Positions 1-9,242 of a stretch of DNA of 32,000 nucleotides are shown here, piece after piece. The DNA comes from Caedibacter taeniospiralis (GTDB taxonomy: Bacteria; Pseudomonadota; Gammaproteobacteria; Francisellales; Francisellaceae). Location: contig NZ_PGGB02000010.1 of the NCBI RefSeq assembly GCF_002803295.2, positions 1 through 32,000 on the forward strand. Direction: 5' to 3'. Within the stretch, counting starts at the first letter, position 1, and each line of letters starts with the position of its first letter. The notes under the pieces were generated by a model. That model saw only the letters and a list, made by a program, of their open reading frames with translations, did not search any database and was not told where the DNA came from. Both the position numbers and the translations under genes were made by a program.

Positions 1-174
1 TGCCTGTTTAATCGTGTCGATTAAAAGAGATTTACCAAAGCGTCTGGGACGCGAGAGGAAGTAGTATTTACCGTTCTCAGTCAAACGATAAACATGTTTT
101 GTTTTATCAACATAGATATAATCGCTGGTGATGATTTCTGCCAAACCAGAAATACCAATCGGAAGTTTTTTCAT
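1..174 (-). CDS. AAA-ATPase-like / DUF1703-type protein, N-terminal 58 codons only (gene runs off the window start)
   Basis: A minus-strand ATG at 172-174 opens MKKLPIGISGLAEIITSDYIYVDKTKHVYRLTENGKYYFLSRPRRFGKSLLIDTIKQA. The YVDKT and FLSRPRRFGKS motifs are the N-terminal hallmark I recall for the PF09820 AAA-ATPase-like family. It is absent from the ORF track because it is truncated. Confidence 0.7.
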   Translation of the reverse strand, partial: MKKLPIGISGLAEIITSDYIYVDKTKHVYRLTENGKYYFLSRPRRFGKSLLIDTIKQA

Positions 175-322
175 GGGATTGAATCAAGCCATTTAAGATC
201 GCAAAAGTATAACAGCTCGTGAGCGTTAAAACTATCCTTGATTTAAGTCTGCGCCCAAAAGGCGCTCACGATGTCAAATGCAGATTACTTCGGGCGAATT
301 CCAAATTTGTGGACGATTGTAC

Positions 323-358
323 TTCCTTGTTCCCACGCAGGAGCGTGGGAGCAAGGAA
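323..358. repeat. REP-like hairpin, family 2 (core TCCCACGCAGGAGCGTGGGA)
   Basis: TTCCTTGTTCCCACGC-AGGA-GCGTGGGAGCAAGGAA forms a 16-bp stem with one G-T position. The same core occurs in inverted orientation at 9243-9268. It lies in the 250-bp spacer downstream of the kinase gene. Confidence 0.6.
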
Positions 359-425
359 TGTCGCTTCATACGACATATGTGTTGTGTCAGCTCTGGCAAA
401 TCACCCACACCACAATGGATAAAAC

Positions 426-1466
426 TTACTGAATGCTTCCATATTCATTTTCTGTGGTCTCCCTTCTTAATAAAGCAAGTTTTGCCTGATATGGAGGAAT
501 AATATTCCTTTGCCATACCTCTTTGAAAAAGTGTAATTCTTCATATTTCGTCAAAACATTATCGATATAGTGCATCACTCGTGGCAAGTAAGCTAAGTAA
601 TTTTTGCGCTTATTCTGCAAATCTTGACGGGTAAATATTCCTAGGCATTTCAAGTGCCGCTGCAACCCCATTAAATCAAACCATTGTGTAAAAAGTACTT
701 TTGTCACCGTTTCGTCAAGGTAACCTTCAGACTTCGCCAGAATATAAAAGTTGTCCACTTCCTTTTTCACAAACGTCTCTGGCAAAGTTAAATAACAATC
801 TCGCAAAATCGACACCAGATCGTAAGTAATGGGTCCATTAACCGCATCTTGAAAGTCAATCAAACCCAACGAATTCGACTGATACATGATGTTCTTACTG
901 TGAAAATCACGAAATACAAATACGTTAGGCTGCGCCATTGCGTTATCTACCAGAGTTTTTTGCAGCTCTTTGTATGATGTTTCAAGTTTCTGCAATGTAT
1001 CGGCATCCAAACCCAGCCACTGCCAAAACCAAAGCTTCATTACATCAAGCTCGCTCGCAAATTTACTTTCTTCATAATTGGGGAAAAGCATTTTCTCTAC
1101 TTGCCAAAACTTCGGAATGAGTGCTAACACATCCTGGTACAAAGACAGATCTTTTTGTTGATATATCGCATGATAAACTTGCGTGTCACCAAAATCGTCC
1201 AAAAGTAGAAAACCGCTTTCTTGATCATAGGCATAACACTGAGGTGCATTAAGCCCAAAATAGCGCAATAAGCGCGCAACTCTAAAAAAAACATCGGGTT
1301 TTTCGCGATCTAATGGCGCATCCATGACCACATAGCTTTTAGTGCCAACGCAAACACGATAATATTGGCGAAAACTCGCATCTCCAACGATTGGAACCAG
1401 AGCAGGTTTATCTATGGGGAAAAGCACTGATAACCACTCGGTAATCTGTAAAAATCTGGATTGCAC
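426..1466 (-). CDS. amgK: aminoglycoside-phosphotransferase-fold kinase, probable anomeric MurNAc/GlcNAc kinase
   Basis: 346-aa ORF with an APH-type catalytic loop (RDFHSKN) and a downstream IDFQDA metal-binding motif. It is transcribed divergently from lptD, the position amgK occupies in Pseudomonas. The substrate assignment comes from synteny only. Confidence 0.6.
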   Translation of the reverse strand: MQSRFLQITEWLSVLFPIDKPALVPIVGDASFRQYYRVCVGTKSYVVMDAPLDREKPDVFFRVARLLRYFGLNAPQCYAYDQESGFLLLDDFGDTQVYHAIYQQKDLSLYQDVLALIPKFWQVEKMLFPNYEESKFASELDVMKLWFWQWLGLDADTLQKLETSYKELQKTLVDNAMAQPNVFVFRDFHSKNIMYQSNSLGLIDFQDAVNGPITYDLVSILRDCYLTLPETFVKKEVDNFYILAKSEGYLDETVTKVLFTQWFDLMGLQRHLKCLGIFTRQDLQNKRKNYLAYLPRVMHYIDNVLTKYEELHFFKEVWQRNIIPPYQAKLALLRRETTENEYGSIQ

Positions 1467-1571
1467 GACTTTTTCCTAGAAATCTAACAACAAAGCGATA
1501 GAATAGCAGTAGTTTTGGTTTGGCGAAACCTGGAATTCCTAGCAAATAAGCAAAAGGATAATATTTATTTA

Positions 1572-4196
1572 ATGAAATCATTAATCACCTTACATAGAAA
1601 AATTTTGCCTATGGCAATGCTTTGTGCAATCCCTGGGGCTGGATTGAGCAAAATCACCATTGATAACCCCCTGCAAAGATCATGGCAATGTACAGCTGAT
1701 GGCAACAGTTGGAAATGTGTTGAAATTAACAGTAATAATGCCGACTTGTTTAAAAAGGGTGTACTTCCCAAGGAAAAAAAACAAATTATCGCCGATGCCT
1801 TAGGTTGGGTACTCTCCAATAACCCCAATAATATTTGCGGCGGTTATTACTATCAACCCCCAGTTGAAAAAACACCATCTAACGAGGCAAAAGTCAATGC
1901 CCAGCAGTATCAGTATGCTCAAAGTGGGACGATTACCGCTGAAGGCGCCGTTGAGGTAAAAAAAGGCAATCAATACCTAAGCGCAGATAAAGCAATATTA
2001 ACGCAAAATAAAGACAAAAAGATTGATCAAATTGACTTGATGGGCAACGTGAATTTAAGCCAACCTGGACAACTTGCCATAGGCTCACAAGGTCAAGCAA
2101 ATATTAGTAGCAATACAGCCACCTTGGATGACACCTATTATTTAATGCGTGTGCGCCAAAAGCCAGGTGGCTCTATGGCAAATCTCACTGCTGATGAAGT
2201 GTGCAGTCAAGAAAACAACTTCACAGGCTTCGCTCATGGGCATGCGGATAAGATCATTCAAAACAGTAAGACCAGCTACTCACTTAAACACGCAACTTAT
2301 GCCACAGATAGTCCTTATGACAATACCTGGATGCTAAATGCCACAACGATTGATCTGGATCGTGAATCGGGTATAGGCACGGCATATAATGCGTTATTCT
2401 ATGTGAAAGATGTCCCGATTTTATACTGGCCTTATATGACCTTTCCAATCGATAATAGAAGACGCACTGGCTTCTTATACCCAACTGCAGGCTATAACAG
2501 CAATTCAGGCTATTTTTTATCCACACCATTTTATTGGAATATGGCACCTAACTATGACCTTTTGCTGACCCCAACGATATACAATCACCGTGGTGTTTTG
2601 CTTGATGGCAACTTTCGCTATCTCACGACAACACAAAGTGGTGAGCTAGATCTCGAATATATGCCACATGATCGTAGAGCAGGCATAGATCGTAAAGCAC
2701 TCTCGTTCACTGATAATGGTAAGTATGATCAAAACTGGTCAAGCTACCTTAATTATCAATATATCGGTGATAAAGATTTTTATAATGATTTTGACAGTGA
2801 CGACATGGGCTTATCGACACAAACCCTGCTCAATCGTCAGGCCTCATTGCGTTACAGCGACCCACATTGGAATATGAATACCACCGTACAGTCCTATGAT
2901 GTCATTGATGACACCATGTATCTTGCTAACCGCCCCTATTCAATGCTACCGCAAATCAATGCTAATGCTGCCTATCCAGGTCTTTTACCCCATCTGGATT
3001 TAAACTGGGACAACCAGTTTACTTACTTCTATAAGCCTGGTTTAAACAGCATTTCACAAGTACAAGGTCAGCGCTACTACAGCTCCCCTAAGCTCAACTT
3101 TCCCTTGCAAAAAACCTGGGGGTTTTTCACCCCTTCGGTGACTTTGTCAGAAACTGCCTACACATTGCAAAATCGAAGCGCTGTTGCTTTTACTGGTGCA
3201 ACCAACTTTAGTCAAAATCAATATCCACAGCAAAATATCACACGAAGCTTACCCATCATTAATCTCGATACGGGTTTGTATTTTGATCGCAAGTTCGGCT
3301 TCAATAACCATGAATACACACAAATCCTATCACCAAGACTGTTTTACACTTATATTCCTTATCAAAACCAAAGTAATATTCCCCTATTTGATACCTCTTT
3401 AAGTAACTTCAGCTATGCCTCTTTGTTCCAAACTAACACCTTCACGGGAATTGATCGCATTAATAATGCCAATCAACTCTCCTATGCGTTAGAGACATCG
3501 GTTAATGATCAGGCAACAGGAGTGAGTGTGCTTAGTGCTGGCATTGGTCAAATGGCTTATTTTACCGACCGCAAGGTTTCTCTTTGCTCAGGGACCGATG
3601 CAGACTGTGCCAACTCATATGTGCCATTTTATAATAGCAATTTTTCGGATGTTGCTGCCTTCTTAAACTATCGCTTTCTACCCAATTGGCAGCTGATGAC
3701 CTCGGGGACCTATAACCCGCAAAATAATAATGTTGACTCACAGACCTATCAGATTCAATATATGCCCGACACTGATCATGTATTTAATATCGGTTACCAG
3801 AATATTAAAAATAACTACGCAGCCCTTACCCCCGCGCAAATTCAGGCAAACACACTTCCTGATTCGCTATCACAGATCAGCTTTTCAAGCATATGGAAGC
3901 TCTCCCCGCACTGGTCAGTCACAGGTCTTTGGAGCTATGCCTTTAACTCCAGACACACCACCAACATGTTTGCAGGTATTCAATACGATGCCTGCAGTTG
4001 GGCGGTGAGATTCCTGGCACAACGTTATGTCAACTCATCCAGTAACCCAAATGATCCAAATAATATCACGGGACCTTTGACCAATGCCTTTATCGTTCAA
4101 TTTGAATTGAAAGGTTTAGGGGGAAGCAGTCAAAGCTCGCTTGATGAACGCCTCAGCATGATTCCAGGCTACACACCAAATGGTGGATTTAACTAG
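1572..4196 (+). CDS. lptD: LPS-assembly outer-membrane protein LptD (OstA)
   Basis: Large beta-barrel-type ORF rich in aromatic residues and Asn/Gln, with an OstA-like N-terminal region. I prefer the internal start at 1572 (MKSLITLHRKILPMAMLCAIPGAG, signal-peptide-like) over the non-ATG start at 1515 given in the track. Confidence 0.9.
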   Translation: MKSLITLHRKILPMAMLCAIPGAGLSKITIDNPLQRSWQCTADGNSWKCVEINSNNADLFKKGVLPKEKKQIIADALGWVLSNNPNNICGGYYYQPPVEKTPSNEAKVNAQQYQYAQSGTITAEGAVEVKKGNQYLSADKAILTQNKDKKIDQIDLMGNVNLSQPGQLAIGSQGQANISSNTATLDDTYYLMRVRQKPGGSMANLTADEVCSQENNFTGFAHGHADKIIQNSKTSYSLKHATYATDSPYDNTWMLNATTIDLDRESGIGTAYNALFYVKDVPILYWPYMTFPIDNRRRTGFLYPTAGYNSNSGYFLSTPFYWNMAPNYDLLLTPTIYNHRGVLLDGNFRYLTTTQSGELDLEYMPHDRRAGIDRKALSFTDNGKYDQNWSSYLNYQYIGDKDFYNDFDSDDMGLSTQTLLNRQASLRYSDPHWNMNTTVQSYDVIDDTMYLANRPYSMLPQINANAAYPGLLPHLDLNWDNQFTYFYKPGLNSISQVQGQRYYSSPKLNFPLQKTWGFFTPSVTLSETAYTLQNRSAVAFTGATNFSQNQYPQQNITRSLPIINLDTGLYFDRKFGFNNHEYTQILSPRLFYTYIPYQNQSNIPLFDTSLSNFSYASLFQTNTFTGIDRINNANQLSYALETSVNDQATGVSVLSAGIGQMAYFTDRKVSLCSGTDADCANSYVPFYNSNFSDVAAFLNYRFLPNWQLMTSGTYNPQNNNVDSQTYQIQYMPDTDHVFNIGYQNIKNNYAALTPAQIQANTLPDSLSQISFSSIWKLSPHWSVTGLWSYAFNSRHTTNMFAGIQYDACSWAVRFLAQRYVNSSSNPNDPNNITGPLTNAFIVQFELKGLGGSSQSSLDERLSMIPGYTPNGGFN

Positions 4197-4242
4197 CTGA
4201 GTCTGCCGCTTCACCCTATACGCTCCACCCGTACAATGGCTT

Positions 4243-5493
4243 TCAATGGAGCAAATCCTTAATATGCGCCTCCAAGCTTGCTATATAACTTGCAAGCGTT
4301 GTTTCATCCCGTTTTAACAGCATAATAAGCGCTTTGGCAAAACCTGAGATTAAGAGACTCATTGCTTGCGCTTTCGGAATACCTCTGGACTCGAGATAAA
4401 ACAAAGCCTGCTGATCCAGCTGCCCAATTGTCGCACCATGGTTGCAAATCACATCATCCGAATAAATCTCAAGCTCAGGTTTGGTATTAATTTCTGCCGT
4501 ATTGCTTAATTGGATGTTGCGGTTATTCTGCAACGCCTTAACGCCATACAAACCATGAGCAACATACGCTTTCGCGTTAAAAGTGGCTGAGGCTTTGTCT
4601 CCGACAACCCCTCGAAACAAAATATCACTTTGCGTGTTGGAGGCTAAATGTTTAACATTAAAACGATAATCTGCTTTGGCAGATGCTGCTAGGGTGTATA
4701 TGCCCTTAGCGTCAAAGCTCGCCCCTTCCTGCATTAGATCAATCTCAAATTCAACACGATTTAATGCAGCATACGCGCCAAGCTGGAAAGTCTCATATTG
4801 CGCACAGCACCCAATTGAAATGCTTAGTTTATGTGTAATGAGTAACTTCTGAAGACTCATATTCGCCAGCACATCATACGTACACTGCGCAAAATCCTGA
4901 AGCGTCACATCAGTCACGATATTTGCTGCTGAAAATTCTTCACCTAGCATGATATGATGTTCAGCAATCGTGCAAGCAGAAGATTTCTGCACAATGATGC
5001 TGTTATGATAATTTACCAACTTTGAGCTGCTATCTTTCGTATAAAGATAAGTCATGAGAATAGGCTTAGCTAACTTTATATTTTCTTTGAGCTCAATAAC
5101 AGTTCCTGCCAACGTTGATGATGCGTTTAATAAACTCAACGCATTTTTTGAGCCTGCTATGGTGATCTCTTGCGATGAAAGTCCCCCTTTGACTGTAAGT
5201 CCCTCCACCTGATCGCAATGTAGCAGAACTCCATCGACAAAAACAATATTATGTGCATCCATGTTTAAATTTACAAGACTAAGAACACTTCGCGCATCAA
5301 TATTGGCTTGCAGTTTAACCGTCTTAATACCATGCTTCTTATATAGGGCATCAAGGTCAGTATAACGCCAGCTTTCAGTCTTTTTTGTTGGAAAACCTTC
5401 TTGGACAAATGCCTGCCATAAATCTTGCCTGTTTTTGATTCCAGCACTATCTAAAAAAGCCAATTGTGCAAATGGGTGCTCTAATTGCAGCAT
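4243..5493 (-). CDS. sufD: Fe-S cluster assembly protein SufD
   Basis: It follows sufC, and its C-terminal half resembles the SufB/SufD beta-helix family (NHGATIGQLD...LFYLESRGI). The start at 5493 has an AAGGAG box 7 nt upstream and lies 10 nt after the sufC stop. The start at 5583 in the track would overlap sufC by 80 nt. Confidence 0.85.
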   Translation of the reverse strand: MLQLEHPFAQLAFLDSAGIKNRQDLWQAFVQEGFPTKKTESWRYTDLDALYKKHGIKTVKLQANIDARSVLSLVNLNMDAHNIVFVDGVLLHCDQVEGLTVKGGLSSQEITIAGSKNALSLLNASSTLAGTVIELKENIKLAKPILMTYLYTKDSSSKLVNYHNSIIVQKSSACTIAEHHIMLGEEFSAANIVTDVTLQDFAQCTYDVLANMSLQKLLITHKLSISIGCCAQYETFQLGAYAALNRVEFEIDLMQEGASFDAKGIYTLAASAKADYRFNVKHLASNTQSDILFRGVVGDKASATFNAKAYVAHGLYGVKALQNNRNIQLSNTAEINTKPELEIYSDDVICNHGATIGQLDQQALFYLESRGIPKAQAMSLLISGFAKALIMLLKRDETTLASYIASLEAHIKDLLH

Positions 5494-5503
5494 TTTCTGC
5501 TCC

Positions 5504-6247
5504 TTATTCATTAATCCACGCGTAACCTTTATCTTCAAGCTCAAGAGCAAGCTCTCTGCCACCTGACTTGACCATTTTGCCATCGGCTAACACGTGGACA
5601 AAATCAGGAGCAATATAATTTAACAAACGCTGATAATGGGTAATGATAATAAATCCACGTTGACCGTTGCGCATATGATTGGCGCCTTTTGACACGACTT
5701 GTAAAGCATCGATGTCAAGACCAGAGTCCGTTTCATCTAAAATACATACTTTCGGCTCAAGCATCATCATTTGCAGCATTTCGTTGCGTTTCTTTTCCCC
5801 TCCTGAGAAACCTTCGTTAACTCCACGCTTCATGTATTTTTGATCCATTTGCAAAATATCCATATTAGTACGTAATTTTTTCATAAAACTCATTGCATCA
5901 AGCTCAGACTGTCCTTTGGCCTTGCGTAAACTATTGACTGCACTTTTTAAAAACTGAGTGTTACTCACCCCTGGAATTTCCACAGGGTATTGAAAACTTA
6001 AAAACATCCCCGCATGAGCGCGCTCTGAAGCATCGAACTCAAATAAATTCTGTCCATCCAGCAATACTTCGCCTTCAGTGACTTCATAGCCAGACTTCCC
6101 TGCTAACACATTGCCTAAGGTGCTTTTACCGGCACCATTAGGACCCATAATGGCGTGAACCTCGCCAGGGTTTACCGTGAGGTTGATTCCCTTTAGAATG
6201 ACTTTATTTTCCACCTTGGCATGTAAATTTTTAATCTCTAATAACAT
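5504..6247 (-). CDS. sufC: Fe-S cluster assembly ATPase SufC
   Basis: MLLEIKNLHAKV N-terminus, Walker A GPNGAGKST, ABC signature FSGGEKKR and Walker B ILDETDSGLD. Confidence 0.95.
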   Translation of the reverse strand: MLLEIKNLHAKVENKVILKGINLTVNPGEVHAIMGPNGAGKSTLGNVLAGKSGYEVTEGEVLLDGQNLFEFDASERAHAGMFLSFQYPVEIPGVSNTQFLKSAVNSLRKAKGQSELDAMSFMKKLRTNMDILQMDQKYMKRGVNEGFSGGEKKRNEMLQMMMLEPKVCILDETDSGLDIDALQVVSKGANHMRNGQRGFIIITHYQRLLNYIAPDFVHVLADGKMVKSGGRELALELEDKGYAWINE

Positions 6248-6291
6248 ATTCTTTGCTTCGCTTTTCTATTTTTCTATTTTTTGGCATATTG

Positions 6292-6344
6292 AGCGTATAT
6301 TGATACGCCCCTACAATCCTTGGATATATGTGATACGCCCCTAC
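6292..6344. repeat. two GTAG-headed REP-like units (family 1) in the sufB-sufC spacer
   Basis: TGATACGCCCCTAC is repeated perfectly at 6301-6314 and 6331-6344, which reads GTAGGGGCGTATCA on the coding (minus) strand. GCGTAT-ATTG-ATACGC forms a hairpin at 6292-6307. Related units occur at 15759-15781 and 29661-29683. Confidence 0.6.
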
Positions 6345-7783
6345 CCTATTGCACCCTCTAAACTGACTTCCATCAGTTTTTGTGCTTCAACCGCAAATTC
6401 CAAAGGTAGCTTTTTAAATACCTCTTTGCAAAAACCATTGACGATCATTGCCACCGCATCTTCTGCTGACATACCACGCTGGAGACAGTAAAACAACTGC
6501 TCATCGGAAATCTTGGACGTAGTTGCCTCATGCTCAATTTGTGCACTTTTCGATTTATTTTCAATATAAGGGTAGGTATGAGCGCCACAGTTGTGTCCAA
6601 TAAGTAATGAATCACATTGCGAGAAATTGCGTGCATTTTCCGCCGTTGGCAACATTCGCACCAGCCCGCGATAAGCATTTTGTGCATGCCCAGCTGAGAT
6701 GCCTTTTGAGATAATCGTGCTTCTGGTATTTTTACCCATATGGATCATCTTGGTTCCTGTGTCAGCTTGTTGCCTATGGCGCGTTAGTGCCACCGAGTAA
6801 AACTCACCAACACTGTTATCCCCTCGCAATATGACCGATGGATATTTCCAGGTAATGGCTGAACCTGTTTCCACTTGCGTCCATGAAATTTTAGCGTGAC
6901 TGCCTAAGCACGCCCCGCGCTTGGTGACAAAGTTGTAGATTCCCCCTTTGCCCTCTTTATCCCCTGGATACCAATTCTGCACGGTGGAATATTTAATTTC
7001 GGCATCCTTGAGTGCGATAAGTTCAACAACAGCTGCATGCAGCTGATTTTCATCGCGCATGGGAGCCGTGCAACCCTCTAAGTAGCTCACATAGCTGCCC
7101 TCATCGGCAATAATCAGTGTGCGCTCAAACTGCCCTGTATTTGAAGCATTAATCCGAAAATAAGTCGATAACTCCATGGGACAGCGTACCCCTTTGGGAA
7201 TATAGACAAAAGAGCCATCGCTAAACACGGCTGAATTTAGTGCCGCAAAATAATTATCAGTTTGTGGCACAACCGTGCCTAAATATTGTTGCACCAATTC
7301 TGGATATTTTTGTAATGCTTCCGAAATAGGACAGAAAATCACGCCCGCTTCAGCCAACTTCTCTTTGAATGTAGTCACCACGGATACGGAATCAAACACC
7401 GCATCCACCGCAATACCTGCCAGCATTTCCTGCTCATGCAAGGGAATACCCAACTTGTTATAGGTCTCAATCAACTCAGGATCCACCTCATTAAGGCTTT
7501 TAGGTCTGTCTACGTTAGATTTTGGCGCTGCATAGTAACTAAGGTTTTGGTAATTAATTGGTGCATACTTGACATGTGCCCAGGTTGGCTCCTTCATCTC
7601 CAGCCATTTATGATAGGCTTTTAAACGCCAGCCTAGCATAAACTCAGGTTCATTTTTACGCTTAGAAATTTGACGGATAATCTCCTCATCCAGTCCCACA
7701 CGAAACAACTCTTGTTCAATGTTGGTCACAAACCCATGCTTATACTCCTGCTCAAGAATCTTATTTATTTTGTCATCAGCCAT
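6341..7783 (-). CDS. sufB: Fe-S cluster assembly scaffold SufB
   Basis: 480-aa ORF with strongly SufB-like sequence throughout ([37 protein letters not shown]). It sits upstream of sufC. Confidence 0.95.
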   Translation of the reverse strand: MADDKINKILEQEYKHGFVTNIEQELFRVGLDEEIIRQISKRKNEPEFMLGWRLKAYHKWLEMKEPTWAHVKYAPINYQNLSYYAAPKSNVDRPKSLNEVDPELIETYNKLGIPLHEQEMLAGIAVDAVFDSVSVVTTFKEKLAEAGVIFCPISEALQKYPELVQQYLGTVVPQTDNYFAALNSAVFSDGSFVYIPKGVRCPMELSTYFRINASNTGQFERTLIIADEGSYVSYLEGCTAPMRDENQLHAAVVELIALKDAEIKYSTVQNWYPGDKEGKGGIYNFVTKRGACLGSHAKISWTQVETGSAITWKYPSVILRGDNSVGEFYSVALTRHRQQADTGTKMIHMGKNTRSTIISKGISAGHAQNAYRGLVRMLPTAENARNFSQCDSLLIGHNCGAHTYPYIENKSKSAQIEHEATTSKISDEQLFYCLQRGMSAEDAVAMIVNGFCKEVFKKLPLEFAVEAQKLMEVSLEGAIG

Positions 7784-8210
7784 GTTGCATGATCTCTTTA
7801 TCGTTGTACGGTTTTTTTATTAAATCTTCGATTGCAAACTCGCTTAGCGTAGCGCGGACTTTTTTATTGATAGCATGCCAATAGCTCCCCATCTGGCAAT
7901 TACCCACTGAGCATGATTTAAAACTTTGTGCACAACACTCGGTAAACGCAAGCTGTCCATCAATGGATTCAACTACGTCAAGCACCGATATAAAGCCAAT
8001 GTGTTTTGCCAGAGCATAGCCACCATCCGCACCACGTCTTGCCAATAAAATTCCGCTTATGCTTAATAACTTCACTATTTTTCGTACCGTTGGCAAATTA
8101 AGTCCTGTCATACTTATCAGCTCAGTTGCGCTGTATAATCGCTCAGGATTCTGAGCAAATTTCAATACGATCATCACGCCATAATCAGCAAGCTTACTTA
8201 CTTTTAACAT
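7776..8210 (-). CDS. Rrf2-family transcriptional regulator (IscR-like, cysteine-containing)
   Basis: [16 protein letters not shown]-terminal winged helix typical of Rrf2 proteins, plus the cysteine cluster [15 protein letters not shown]. It overlaps the sufB start by 8 nt, so it is the first gene of the suf operon. Confidence 0.8.
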   Translation of the reverse strand: MLKVSKLADYGVMIVLKFAQNPERLYSATELISMTGLNLPTVRKIVKLLSISGILLARRGADGGYALAKHIGFISVLDVVESIDGQLAFTECCAQSFKSCSVGNCQMGSYWHAINKKVRATLSEFAIEDLIKKPYNDKEIMQHG

Positions 8211-8314
8211 TAAATGGTACTAGCTTAGTCTCATATGCGCAAAGGTTAATGGGTTTTGAAGTATGTGTCAACGGATTATAACCAGCTTAAATAGACTTGA
8301 AGTCAAGCAAGATA

Positions 8315-8845
8315 CTAAATTTTTCCCACAGAATTTAGCGCTTGATATATTGTGCTAAATGGTAATATCAAAGAGTTAGGCTTATCTAATAACCTTATCG
8401 CACCAAAAGTTTCGTACCATTTTGCTGCTTTTTCATCTTTTGCATCAATTAGCATTGCCACCCCACCTGCCTGTGAAGCAACAAAAATACAACGCTTTCC
8501 AGCAGATAGCAGTAGTTGCCCTCCTAAACCAACTCCCTGATAATTAACATCAACCGCCAGTCTTGCTAAACGAAACACGGGAATTTCGTGTCTAGCCAAG
8601 CCTTGTGTTAATTTTTGCGGTGCTGCATTGTAAGCAATAGACGCGGGACTTAACGTATAATATCCCATTACTTTACCATCATAATCATTAATGGCTACAT
8701 ACGTTTTAGCCACCCCCTTATCATGATTTTGTCTTGCATATTTCACAAAAAAACCATTCAACTCACCATTACCACAATTAAATGATTGCCAATCATGAGT
8801 TGTTGCAATGGCTTCTTCATGCCATGCCATAGGCTTTATACTCAT
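8315..8845 (-). CDS. GNAT-family acetyltransferase toxin (TacT-like)
   Basis: 176-aa ORF with GNAT motif A (RLAVDVNYQGVGLGGQLL). Its start overlaps the stop of an upstream DUF1778-type gene by 4 nt (ATGA). Confidence 0.8.
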   Translation of the reverse strand: MSIKPMAWHEEAIATTHDWQSFNCGNGELNGFFVKYARQNHDKGVAKTYVAINDYDGKVMGYYTLSPASIAYNAAPQKLTQGLARHEIPVFRLARLAVDVNYQGVGLGGQLLLSAGKRCIFVASQAGGVAMLIDAKDEKAAKWYETFGAIRLLDKPNSLILPFSTIYQALNSVGKI

Positions 8846-9126
8846 TTTATTGTATATTTAGGGAGATCAAATGCTGCTTTCAACATTTTTGCATTGGGTT
8901 TCTGAGGATCGTCCAGCAGTTTCATGACTTCTATACTATCCCTTTTACTTAATTCAATTCTCTCATTCTCCTCAATCACCCTATGAGCTGCTGATATGGA
9001 ATTTTTTAAAACAAATTCCGTCAAATTGACATGAAGCAAACTTGCCGCCTTCATTAACAAACCCTTTTCCTCGATGTTAATACGTAACGACATTCTCTCA
9101 TTGTGTTTAACTACAGCTTGTGGCAT
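8842..9126 (-). CDS. DUF1778 ribbon-helix-helix antitoxin (TacA-like)
   Basis: The sequence RMSLRINIEEKGLLMKAASLLHVNLTEFVLKNSISAAHRVIEE...LDDPQKPNAKMLKAAF matches the DUF1778 pattern. The start at 9126 has AAGGAGAGGG just upstream; the start at 9153 in the track is less likely. Confidence 0.8.
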   Translation of the reverse strand: MPQAVVKHNERMSLRINIEEKGLLMKAASLLHVNLTEFVLKNSISAAHRVIEENERIELSKRDSIEVMKLLDDPQKPNAKMLKAAFDLPKYTIK

Positions 9127-9164
9127 AGCCCTCTCCTTTTTGTGCACATTCAAGTTGTACGTGC

Positions 9165-9192
9165 ATTATAAGCAATTTCAACTTAAAAGCAA
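9165..9192 (-). promoter_or_regulatory. putative sigma-70 promoter of the toxin-antitoxin operon
   Basis: The minus strand reads TTGCTT, a 16-nt spacer, then TATAAT. It is followed by an inverted repeat TGCAC-N13-GTGCA (about 9142-9164) just before the antitoxin ribosome-binding site. This is sequence pattern only. Confidence 0.35.
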
Positions 9193-9242
9193 ACCACCAT
9201 CTAACTTTAAGGAGCTAGAATGAATAAATTCAACCAAGACCT

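Noticed and set aside
201-219. GCAAAAGTA-type matches to the copy C terminal repeat at 201-219 and 9386-9402
   Set aside because: The shared core is only 8-9 nt, which is expected about once by chance in this window. There is no convincing partner repeat or CTACCCC core, so this is insufficient to call additional copies.
219-502. Track ORFs 219-422 and 278-502 (67 and 74 aa) in the spacer between the kinase gene and the AAA-ATPase-like gene
   Set aside because: Both simply translate the REP-like hairpin region (PRRSVGARN and PTQERGSKE peptides). They overlap each other, have no ribosome-binding site and resemble no protein family.
1515-1571. Upstream non-ATG start for lptD, and likewise 5494-5583 for sufD, 9127-9153 for the antitoxin, 16113-16121 for rpsU and 24306-24347 for pheS
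   Set aside because: The internal ATG starts give better ribosome-binding sites, avoid long overlaps with upstream genes and match the expected N-termini of these families.
6292-6344. CRISPR-like appearance of the evenly spaced 14-mers, and of the repeated GGGG/CCCC hairpins in the MITEs
   Set aside because: There are only two units with a 16-nt spacer, no array, no leader and no cas genes. The units are better explained as REP or MITE sequences.
6177-6491. Antisense or shadow ORFs inside well-supported genes (for example 6177-6491, 12461-12721, 13732-13983, 19572-19934, 21113-21424, 23954-24280, 27451-27816, 29622-30017, 31515-31787)
   Set aside because: Each lies opposite or out of frame within a strongly recognisable conserved gene. 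Their composition is low-complexity or atypical, and none has a ribosome-binding site or family signature.
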